Source of the DNA: an uncultured Gammaproteobacteria bacterium | GTDB taxonomy: Bacteria > Patescibacteriota > Patescibacteriia > Magasanikbacterales > UBA922 | Direction: 5' to 3' | NCBI GenBank assembly: GCA_964435035.1 | Contig: CAYSXR010000002.1 | Location: 12,252 to 76,251, forward strand | Length of the DNA: 64,000 nucleotides | Shown here: piece by piece, positions 49,422 through 57,005 of the stretch | Numbering within the stretch: position 1 is the first letter of the stretch | How the letters are laid out: each line of letters opens with the position of its first letter | Made by a program: the position numbers and the translations under genes | Notes under the pieces: generated by a model | Seen by the model: only the letters and a program-made list of their open reading frames with translations | What the model was told of the DNA's origin: nothing | The model's database searches: none

Positions 49422-49586
49422 ATGTTCACTCTGGTGTGCGTCATGGGACTCTGGACCCAGATCGTGTGTGTCCCGGACAAGGGAAGGAAGATTACTCGAG
49501 TTCGGAATCGCAAACATGGCTGGCACGTCGGAGGGGCGGGACAGCTTCCGATGGGTCATCGGCGGAAATTCAGGAAGCCGCGTTGA
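49422..49586 (+). CDS. Small GC-rich orphan peptide (cassette E), 54 aa, absent from the ORF track
   Basis: MFTLVCVMGLWTQIVCVPDKGRKITRVRNRKHGWHVGGAGQLPMGHRRKFRKPR, 7 nt after GGAGG. Confidence 0.5.
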   Translation: MFTLVCVMGLWTQIVCVPDKGRKITRVRNRKHGWHVGGAGQLPMGHRRKFRKPR

Positions 49587-49656
49587 GTGACTGGGAGTGG
49601 TAGATCTGGGAACAGATCTTAGCTCAGGAGCGCTTTCCTGGATTCATCATGTCGTC

Positions 49657-49685
49657 GACGGGACTGTGCATCGCACGGTCCCGTC
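49657..49685 (+). other. 3' hairpin of cassette E
   Basis: gacgggactgtgc-atc-gcacggtcccgtc. Confidence 0.75.
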
Positions 49686-49745
49686 AGTTCTCTTACCTAT
49701 TTATTCGAGCCCTATCGGGCTTTTATTATTTTACCAAATAAAGTA

Positions 49746-49774
49746 TTGACTTTATGATAATGTTTATATATCCT
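49746..49774 (+). promoter_or_regulatory. Promoter of orphan cassette F
   Basis: TTGACT-17 nt-TATCCT; 5' hairpin 49778-49813; SD AGAGGA at 49819-49824. Confidence 0.65.
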
Positions 49775-49833
49775 ATTGCGGTGCTTAGCTCGACCTCGGT
49801 CGAGTTGTGCCGTCAACCAGAGGAAACATCATC

Positions 49834-50040
49834 ATGTCAGATTCAGAAAGAAATGATCAGCCGCGCCTTCGGAGTCGCCGTCGAGTCCATACTGCCGGAG
49901 CTTTCGATCACATTCAACGTGTGCTCGTCGACGAAGAGCAGAATATGCCACCCTATCGGAACGTAGGGCATCAGCAGCCCGGAGTGCGTCTCAGTGATGC
50001 ATGCATCATTCCCAACCAGCGGCCGGACTACAAGTCCTGA
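49834..50040 (+). CDS. Small GC-rich orphan protein (cassette F), 68 aa
   Basis: MSDSERNDQPRL...; SD-led and followed by hairpin 50059-50090. Confidence 0.55.
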   Translation: MSDSERNDQPRLRSRRRVHTAGAFDHIQRVLVDEEQNMPPYRNVGHQQPGVRLSDACIIPNQRPDYKS

Positions 50041-50108
50041 TCCGTGATCCTCTTGCCCGGAGACTGCTCGCTCAATGCGAGTAGTCTTCCTGGCCCCTTC
50101 GTCAAATT

Positions 50109-50135
50109 AAAAGAAGCTCCTAATAGGAGCTTCTT
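50109..50135. terminator. Terminator between cassette F and elp3
   Basis: aaaagaagctcct-aat-aggagcttctt. Confidence 0.7.
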
Positions 50136-51807
50136 ATGTTATTTCTTTAATCATGTACGTTCCTTCTTTTTTGTAGCCAAGCTTTTCATAATATCCCCGT
50201 ACACCTACTCCGGAAATTACGGCAAGTTTTTTTACGTTATTTTTTTTGGTAATGCGTTCAGCCTCGGCCATTAATTTTTTTCCATATCCTTTGTGCTGAC
50301 TACCGATTGTTTTTGTCTTTCCAATTCCAATCATTTGTCCGTATACATGGAGTTCACGGATGAATGCGCTTCCTTTGATTTCGGGCATGAGGGTGTGCAG
50401 GGTTTCTAGTTGTCTGGTTTTCTGGTTGTCTGGTTCGTGAGGAATGCGGAGACGAAGAAAACCGTAGACTGCGATACGATTTTTATCTTCCATTGAAATA
50501 AAGTATTCGGTCCCTCCAATAGTTTCGTAGGTGTCTACGAAAACGTGTGGTTCAGCGTCTGGATCTATCTTGTCTTTTTGGCGATAAATCTCTCGGCAAC
50601 GCAAACACTCGCAATGTTTTCCTTCTTTTTTGAGTTGGTACTCGAGCATTTCACGGAGGTTGGTGATGATATTTCCATTTTCAATTTCTGTTGCAGGAAT
50701 ATCTCGAATAAGTCGGGAAATACGGCAATAGCGTGGAGTTGCAAGTTTCATTTCGAGTAATGCCCGGAACAATCCTTCATCTCCATATGATTTGTAACGA
50801 CCATCTAAGAACCATTGGTATAATTCTGCTGATTTAATTACGGTGTTTGGATAAATCTTAATCATGTCTGGACGAAGTCCTAAATCTGAAAAGATTTCTT
50901 TATACATTTCAATATCATGTTCAGGTGTGGTTCCAGGTAAATCTGGCATGAAGTGTAAATCCACTTTGAATCCCGCTTCGCGAAGCAAATAAATTGCGTC
51001 ACGGAATTGTTGTACCGTATGTCCTCGATTGATCAGCTTTAAAATAGTATCATCAGTTGCTTGAAGTCCGAGTTCAATTCGCGTACAACCTTGTAAACGC
51101 ATGTGATGAATAGATTTCGGTGAAATTGCATCGGGTCTGGTTTCAAGGGTCAAGCCAATAATACGATGTCCGGTTGATTCATTGATGGTTTGTTCCATAT
51201 CTAATGCAGCTTGTAGGTCAGCAATAGATTTGTCATTCCAATATTCTTCAGGTGTGGGACCTATAGGTACTTCTCGATTGAAGTCATTGCAAGCTTTAAA
51301 GGATTCGAGAATAAACCAATATTGGTATTTGAGAGGGTAGGCATTCCAGGTTCCACCTTTTAATATGTATTCAATTTTGTCTGTTGGGTGTCCGTTCAAT
51401 TCAAGCATTTCAAGACGTTTTTTCATTTGCTCGTACGGACTAAAATCAAGTCTGAGAGCTCGTGCTGCTGCTGGTTCGGTGGCAATATAGCTTTTTGGCA
51501 TTCTAAGTTCGGTAGGGCAGTAAATGCATTTACCGGGGCAGGTATAGGGTTTTACCAGAGAGGTAATTATTACTACTCCAGAGAGTGTTCGCACATTTGC
51601 TTTGCGTAGGAAAAATTCCATCTGTTCGTCGGGTAGAATACTTTTCTTTTCAATAAGACTCTGGTAGGCTATGAGCAGTGCCTGATTTGCAGGCTGTCGA
51701 ATATTTAGCTTCGAAGCACCACGACGTTTTGCATCGTCAAAATCGTCCTTGGTTAGAGGCTTGTCGTCGACAATATATTTCATTAGTTTTTCAGCGATTT
51801 CGTTCAT
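50134..51807 (-). CDS. elp3: Elp3 radical SAM / KAT tRNA uridine(34) carboxymethylase
   Basis: RTLSGV, CPGKCIYCP..PKSY..EP, GGT, ETRPD, RIELGLQ, KIYP, RLIRDIP, CLRCRE, RELHVYG, QHKGYG, ISGVGVRGYY.KLGY. Confidence 0.95.
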   Translation of the reverse strand: MNEIAEKLMKYIVDDKPLTKDDFDDAKRRGASKLNIRQPANQALLIAYQSLIEKKSILPDEQMEFFLRKANVRTLSGVVIITSLVKPYTCPGKCIYCPTELRMPKSYIATEPAAARALRLDFSPYEQMKKRLEMLELNGHPTDKIEYILKGGTWNAYPLKYQYWFILESFKACNDFNREVPIGPTPEEYWNDKSIADLQAALDMEQTINESTGHRIIGLTLETRPDAISPKSIHHMRLQGCTRIELGLQATDDTILKLINRGHTVQQFRDAIYLLREAGFKVDLHFMPDLPGTTPEHDIEMYKEIFSDLGLRPDMIKIYPNTVIKSAELYQWFLDGRYKSYGDEGLFRALLEMKLATPRYCRISRLIRDIPATEIENGNIITNLREMLEYQLKKEGKHCECLRCREIYRQKDKIDPDAEPHVFVDTYETIGGTEYFISMEDKNRIAVYGFLRLRIPHEPDNQKTRQLETLHTLMPEIKGSAFIRELHVYGQMIGIGKTKTIGSQHKGYGKKLMAEAERITKKNNVKKLAVISGVGVRGYYEKLGYKKEGTYMIKEIT

Positions 51808-51816
51808 GCTATCTTT

Positions 51817-51912
51817 ATAGAATAGAACACGGATGACACGGATCTAACGGATTAGAACGGATTTGTATTTATCCGTGTCTATCCATTTAATCCGTTAAAT
51901 CAGTGTTCCATT
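51817..51912. repeat. ACACGGAT periodic inverted-repeat element (copy 3)
   Basis: atagaatagaacacggatgacacggatctaacggattagaacggattt ... atccgttaaatcagtgttccatt. Confidence 0.85.
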
Positions 51913-51921
51913 TATCAAATT

Positions 51922-53061
51922 ATGCAAAATAACAATTTCATTTCCCAAAATAAAGACGTCTATAATACTATTGCTTCGTATTTTTCTAGTACCCGTCAAT
52001 TTGTCTGGGAAGATTTAAAGGATTTTTCCCAGTATATCACGAAGGAAGACACGGTTCTTGATATTGGCTGTGGGAACGGTAGAGTATATCAATTATGCGA
52101 GAATTTGCAAGTAGCTTACACTGGAATTGATCAGAGTGAAGAGCTCATCGCGATTGCTAAAAATAAGTATCCGACAGTTCATTTTGATGTAGGGGAGATG
52201 ACTGAGCTTCCATACGAGGATGCCTCTTTTTCTATAATTATTTGTGTTGCAACTTTTAATCATTTACCTGATCGTGATTCACGATTGAAATCACTTGGTG
52301 AGATGAAGCGGGTACTCAAACCTGGTGGAATAATTCTCATGACGAATTGGAATGTATTATCAGATAATGCACAGAAGTACATTGATCGTGAAAAATGGAA
52401 AATTGTAGATAATAATAGACAAGATGTATTAGTGCCATGGATGACGCCGGTTGGTGAAAAAATGCCGGGTGATCGGTATTATCATGGGTATGAGTTATCG
52501 GAATTATTTGAATTATTTACGGATATTGGGTTTATTGTCGAGCAACAATATTATGCAAAAAAAGGGAAGCGAAGTAATAAACATCAAGGGCATAATATGG
52601 TAAGTATCGTACGGAATAAGTGGACCGGTGTGCCTTCTGCTGGGGGAGTGGTAGTGCGAAAAGAGGGTGATAAATATGTAGTGGCACTTGAACGCGATAC
52701 TGCATTGGAAAAATCCGACTACTGGTTTATTCCCAAGGGGCACCTGGATTCAGGAGAAACATTGGAAGAAGCTGCACGAAGAGAAATTAGTGAGGAAGTT
52801 GGAATTTTAGAATTGGAATATGAATGTTTTCTGATGAAAAGTGAACGAAAGTCGTTTGTCGGGGATGAGTGGAAGAATATGTATTATTTTTTGTATATCA
52901 CAAAACAAATTGAATTAAAACCAAAGCTATTGTCAGGAGAGAGACATCATGAAGCTAAATGGGTAGATTTGTTTCAAAAGGAACCTATATCTTCGTTTGA
53001 GGAGCAAGAAAACGTTTTTAAATTGGTACGGACTTATATTGACGCGCGTAAGATTTCTTGA
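51922..53061 (+). CDS. Trm9/ALKBH8-like SAM methyltransferase fused to C-terminal NUDIX domain
   Basis: VYNTIASYFSSTR..W, LDIGCGNG, VATFNHL, QDVLVPW, RYYHGY; then SAGGVV, PKGHLDSGE...AARREISEEVG. Confidence 0.85.
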   Translation: MQNNNFISQNKDVYNTIASYFSSTRQFVWEDLKDFSQYITKEDTVLDIGCGNGRVYQLCENLQVAYTGIDQSEELIAIAKNKYPTVHFDVGEMTELPYEDASFSIIICVATFNHLPDRDSRLKSLGEMKRVLKPGGIILMTNWNVLSDNAQKYIDREKWKIVDNNRQDVLVPWMTPVGEKMPGDRYYHGYELSELFELFTDIGFIVEQQYYAKKGKRSNKHQGHNMVSIVRNKWTGVPSAGGVVVRKEGDKYVVALERDTALEKSDYWFIPKGHLDSGETLEEAARREISEEVGILELEYECFLMKSERKSFVGDEWKNMYYFLYITKQIELKPKLLSGERHHEAKWVDLFQKEPISSFEEQENVFKLVRTYIDARKIS

Positions 53062-53086
53062 CGCTTTTGTGCATTTGCATTAGAGT
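53058..53086 (+). promoter_or_regulatory. Promoter of orphan cassette G
   Basis: TTGACG-17 nt-TAGAGT; SD AAGGAGGT at 53126-53133. Confidence 0.65.
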
Positions 53087-53140
53087 ACATCCGGTTTCTT
53101 TCATGACTGGGTTTGTTCCATCACCAAGGAGGTGTGGTGT

Positions 53141-53428
53141 ATGCGGAGCTACCGATTGTTTACTGAAGCGGTCAAGAAAATCATCCCCGATGTCGAGCTG
53201 CATACAGCTCTTGATGCTCAGCAGGAGACGATCGTCGATAGCCTCCTCCCTCAGAATGTGGATGATGTTCCGATCGAGGTCATCATTTTGTATCTCGAAG
53301 GTGGTAGACATGGCGCGCTCCTCAAAAGGCTCAAAGGAGCTGAAGCTGTGCGTGTGCTCTTCGAGGAGTGGAAACATGGCAAGTGGAGCGACTGGGTCAG
53401 GGTGGGGGCGAGGCGCGAGGGTAGATGA
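53141..53428 (+). CDS. GC-rich orphan protein (cassette G), 95 aa
   Basis: Perfect SD 7 nt before the ATG; 3' hairpin 53471-53501. Confidence 0.7.
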   Translation: MRSYRLFTEAVKKIIPDVELHTALDAQQETIVDSLLPQNVDDVPIEVIILYLEGGRHGALLKRLKGAEAVRVLFEEWKHGKWSDWVRVGARREGR

Positions 53429-53495
53429 AAGAGCGGGAGCAGCGCCAGGTGAGTAATTAATGAAGGAAGCACGTAGGGTGTGGATTCCCCATACC

Positions 53496-54383
53496 CTACG
53501 TTCCTGTAATCAGGCATGCGACCGACCCATCGAATTTCCATCCTTTGTCTAGAGCTTTTTGCAGTCCTGCGATTGATAGGGCAGAGTTTGGGGAGACTAA
53601 AATTTCACAGGTGTCCTCGGTGAGTTTGATTGCAGATTGAATTTTCTCATCGCTTACAATCCAACCAGATCCCTTGGATTTTTTTATTATGTCGATTACT
53701 TTTTCTTTTCGGTGAGCCACATTGTCGACAATTGCACTAGCGAGTGATGTTTCTGTATGGGTAAATTCTGTATCAAAATATTCGGCCATAGGGTGACAAT
53801 GTTCGGTTTGTACAATATGAATTTGTGGTTTTGGTTCTGATAGTTTTTCAAATTCAAGTCCTAGTGCTTGTGCAGTGGTTCCTGAAGATGTGGGAATGAA
53901 AATGGCGGACAAATTTGGAATGTGAGCGAGTTCTTTTGCGAGTTCAAAGTATCCCTCGAGTGCGAGGTCATCAGTTGATTGTCGGAGATTCAATGCGGTT
54001 CCTGTTTTGTGCATGTGAAGTGCTTCTTTTTTTGGTCGTTCGGTTTGTATAATCGTAATATGTGCATCTTCTTCTTTTTCTGTTTCAAGAATTATGAGTT
54101 TTTTTGGTTGTATTTTTTGTCCGACAAATACCGTGAGTTTGAGTGGGGTTTCAGTATTGTTTCGATTATGTGATCGTACATACTTTATTGCAGAGAGCGC
54201 TGCATTTCCAGATGATGAAATAACAAAAGACGTTTTATTTTCTTTTTGCACATAATGCTCAATCATGTGGGGAATTGAACGTCCCTTGTGCGATCCAAAC
54301 GCGTGTAGATCTTCACGTTTGAGGTACACTTCAACCCCGAACATGTCGTTTAGATTTTGATATGATTGTTGAGTAGTTTTCAT
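53496..54383 (-). CDS. Fold-type II PLP-dependent enzyme (threonine synthase / cysteine synthase-like)
   Basis: LKREDL...GSHKGR (PLP Lys), SSSGNAA, PTSSGTT, LITG. Confidence 0.85.
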   Translation of the reverse strand: MKTTQQSYQNLNDMFGVEVYLKREDLHAFGSHKGRSIPHMIEHYVQKENKTSFVISSSGNAALSAIKYVRSHNRNNTETPLKLTVFVGQKIQPKKLIILETEKEEDAHITIIQTERPKKEALHMHKTGTALNLRQSTDDLALEGYFELAKELAHIPNLSAIFIPTSSGTTAQALGLEFEKLSEPKPQIHIVQTEHCHPMAEYFDTEFTHTETSLASAIVDNVAHRKEKVIDIIKKSKGSGWIVSDEKIQSAIKLTEDTCEILVSPNSALSIAGLQKALDKGWKFDGSVACLITGT

Positions 54384-54502
54384 ACATTTTTGACTATGGG
54401 AAAATATCGTGTTATAGTTTTTCTTGCGCATATACTTTGCGCAACTTTATTTTAGTCCTGCCCCTGCTCAAGCTGTGGCAGACGATGTAAACACTACCAT
54501 GT

Positions 54503-54664
54503 ATGAGACTTATCTGTCCAGAATGTAAAAATGAAGTCGATATTTCAACATTCCCTAATCTTGCTATTGATCAGGTACTTGAGTGTGATACCTGTGGAAT
54601 TACACTTGTGGTGATTGATGTGGGCGACGAAGTATTTGCCGAAATTGTTGATGAGGGGAAATAA
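54503..54664 (+). CDS. LysW-like zinc-ribbon carrier protein, 53 aa, absent from the ORF track
   Basis: MRLICPECKNEVDISTFPNLAIDQVLECDTCGITLVVIDVGDEVFAEIVDEGK: CPEC...CDTCG..L.V with acidic tail. Confidence 0.8.
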   Translation: MRLICPECKNEVDISTFPNLAIDQVLECDTCGITLVVIDVGDEVFAEIVDEGK

Positions 54665-54679
54665 ATTAGTTATTGCATT

Positions 54680-55035
54680 ACGTCATCCCCGCGAAAGCGG
54701 GGATCTTGTGTAATAGGAGGGGTATGGAATATTTTTTTGTGTATATTTTAGCTAGTAAAAAGTGCGGTGTTTTGTATATTGGAGTTACGAATGATCTAAC
54801 GCGTAGGGTTCAGGAATATAAAGCAGGAATTATTGAGGGGTTTACAAAAAAGTATTTTGTACACAAACTAGTATATTTTGAAACGTATACTTTTATTTTA
54901 GAAGCGATTAAACGAGAAAAGCAGCTTAAGAAATGGAATAGAGAGTGGAAGATAGGCTTAATAGAAAAGCAAAATCCAAATTGGTTAGACTTAGCTTCAG
55001 AGGAAAAAAGATCCCCGCTTTCGCGGGGATGACGT
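54680..55035. mobile_element. Miniature element: GIY-YIG gene bounded by perfect 28-bp inverted REP-like repeats
   Basis: acgtcatccccgcgaaagcggggatctt (54680-54707) and its exact reverse complement (55008-55035). Confidence 0.7.
54724..55032 (+). CDS. GIY-YIG nuclease family protein
   Basis: VYILAS...LYIGVTNDL.RRV.E, GFTKKY.V.KLVYFE, AIKREKQLKKWNR.WK..LIE..NP.W.DL; SD AGGAGG. Confidence 0.92.
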   Translation: MEYFFVYILASKKCGVLYIGVTNDLTRRVQEYKAGIIEGFTKKYFVHKLVYFETYTFILEAIKREKQLKKWNREWKIGLIEKQNPNWLDLASEEKRSPLSRG

Positions 55036-55078
55036 CTTAAATGTAGTAATTTGCTAAGCGTTAGTCGGAATGACGCTG

Positions 55079-55627
55079 TCACTCAAATAGCATTTTTTTG
55101 AATTCGTCCAGTTTTCCTTGGTAATGAAGTTTGAGAATATCAAGTGTGAGATCTTTTGAACGGAAATCCGGATGCATGAGTATTTCCATGAATTCATCGA
55201 ATGATACTAGACGTGTTCTGATACGTTCACCAGGATCTAGGCGTTGTTCGGTGACTTTTGTACAATTTTTTGCAATAAAACATGAAATAGTCCAGTCCAT
55301 TTTATTGTATAGGTTTCGTTCACGATATAATTTCCAGTGTTCTGCGGTATACCCGGTTTCCTCGAGCATTTCACGTTTGGCTCCCTCAAGTGCACTTTCA
55401 CCTTCGTTAATTACTCCACCGATGAGGCCAATACGTTTTGAAATGGTTGGTTGTTCCTCCTCTGCAACCATGATTTTATCTCCCATAATCGGTAGTACTT
55501 GTACGCTTCCGAGCCGTGTAAGTCCTTCGAATGTTTCAGTCGTTCCATCAAACATTTCTTGTTCCCATTGATATACATCAAAGATTTTTCCTTTGAATAC
55601 TTTTTTTGCATGTTTGGGTATGGACAT
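55079..55627 (-). CDS. NUDIX hydrolase (NudF-like)
   Basis: VFKGKIFDV, GG....GE....AKREMLEETG, LDPGE.I. Confidence 0.9.
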   Translation of the reverse strand: MSIPKHAKKVFKGKIFDVYQWEQEMFDGTTETFEGLTRLGSVQVLPIMGDKIMVAEEEQPTISKRIGLIGGVINEGESALEGAKREMLEETGYTAEHWKLYRERNLYNKMDWTISCFIAKNCTKVTEQRLDPGERIRTRLVSFDEFMEILMHPDFRSKDLTLDILKLHYQGKLDEFKKMLFE

Positions 55628-55628
55628 A

Positions 55629-57005
55629 TTATTTTTTTATTCTCTCCACCAGTTCTTCTATCATACCACGAAATCCGTGGCTTCCGAGAAATGCAATCGT
55701 GTCTCCTTTTTTTGCCATTTCAGAAAGTTTTGTAATCAAATTACCATCATTATCGAGATATTCAACATTGCGATGGGTTTCCCCAATTACATTTACAAGC
55801 TCTGCTCCATCGAGTGGGGTTTCTGAGTTTTTATCTGTTTTGATTACGGTAAGTCGGGGGATAATCACTATATCTGCATCTTTGAACGCATGATCGTATC
55901 CTTTTGCAGCACTTGGCTGTCGGTTTCCCGTGTTTGGTTCGAATAGTGCAATTACTTTACCTTTCGTTATTTTTCGAACGGTAGAAAGTGCTGAACTTGC
56001 TTTTGCAGGGGAGTGAGCAATATCATCAATGATAGTAATATCTCCTTTCAGTCTTTTTTCCATGCGACGCTTGAGTCCTTGGTGATTGGCTATACTTTTG
56101 ATAATTGAGTTTACTTCGACTCCAATTGTGTGTGCGAGTGCAAAACAGCCAGTAATATTTTCCGCTTGATACTCACTGAGAAATGGAGATTGAATATTGA
56201 ATACTGAATGTTGATTTTTTATTTTGAATGTCATGCCTGTTGTTGAAGTTTTTACCTCAAAAAATTGGTAGTCATTATGCTCGCTTAGTCCATAACTCAC
56301 GGTTTTGCATAATGCGTGTTTTGCATAGTCGTGCGCACGTTCAGAAATTACTAAGAGACCGTTTGCTGGCAGTGACAAAATTAATGTTTCAAAAGTTTCA
56401 AAATATTTTTGTTCAGTTGGGTAGATATCAGCATGATCCCATTCAACTGCGGTTAATAATAAATGTGTTGGATCATAGTGTGCGAATTTGGGGCTATTGT
56501 CCCATCGTGCAGTTTTGTATTCATCACCTTCGAGTACATTCCATATACCACTTCCAATTACGGCTGAAGGTATCTCATCAATACTTAATCCTCCAAACAT
56601 GTAGCTTGGATCATAGTTTGCATCAGTAAGAATCTGCGATAGGAGTGCTGCTGAACTCGTTTTGCCGTATGTGCCAGCACAGACAATAGAGTTTTCTTTG
56701 AGAAAAAACTTTTTGATTAATTCTGGATAGGAGACGTAAGGTATTTTATTCTCTTGTACAAAAATCCATTCTGGATTAGTAGAGGCTGCAACATTTCCTA
56801 CGACCACGAGATCAGGATTTCCATTTGAGCACATTTTGGTAGGATGCCATCCTGGATAGTAGGGGACGTCATTATTTTTTAGATATGTTGAAATAGGAGG
56901 AAAGAATCCTTTGTCACTACCTGTCACGTTGTGCCCAGCTTTTTTGAGCGCGAGTGCGAGACCTCCCATGGCTACGCCGCAAATTCCGATAAAGTGGATT
57001 TTCAT
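55629..57005 (-). CDS. Mur ligase, Mpl/MurC-like
   Basis: MKIHFIGICGVAMGGLA (Mpl-type N-terminus), AGTYGKTS, EGDEY, DHADIY, DDIAHSP, FEP. Confidence 0.88.
   Translation of the reverse strand: MKIHFIGICGVAMGGLALALKKAGHNVTGSDKGFFPPISTYLKNNDVPYYPGWHPTKMCSNGNPDLVVVGNVAASTNPEWIFVQENKIPYVSYPELIKKFFLKENSIVCAGTYGKTSSAALLSQILTDANYDPSYMFGGLSIDEIPSAVIGSGIWNVLEGDEYKTARWDNSPKFAHYDPTHLLLTAVEWDHADIYPTEQKYFETFETLILSLPANGLLVISERAHDYAKHALCKTVSYGLSEHNDYQFFEVKTSTTGMTFKIKNQHSVFNIQSPFLSEYQAENITGCFALAHTIGVEVNSIIKSIANHQGLKRRMEKRLKGDITIIDDIAHSPAKASSALSTVRKITKGKVIALFEPNTGNRQPSAAKGYDHAFKDADIVIIPRLTVIKTDKNSETPLDGAELVNVIGETHRNVEYLDNDGNLITKLSEMAKKGDTIAFLGSHGFRGMIEELVERIKK

Noticed and set aside
5588-53501. Cassette 3' hairpins as integron attC sites
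   Set aside because: No RYYYAAC/GTTRRRY ends, the hairpins are shorter than attC, each gene has its own promoter, and no intI is visible.
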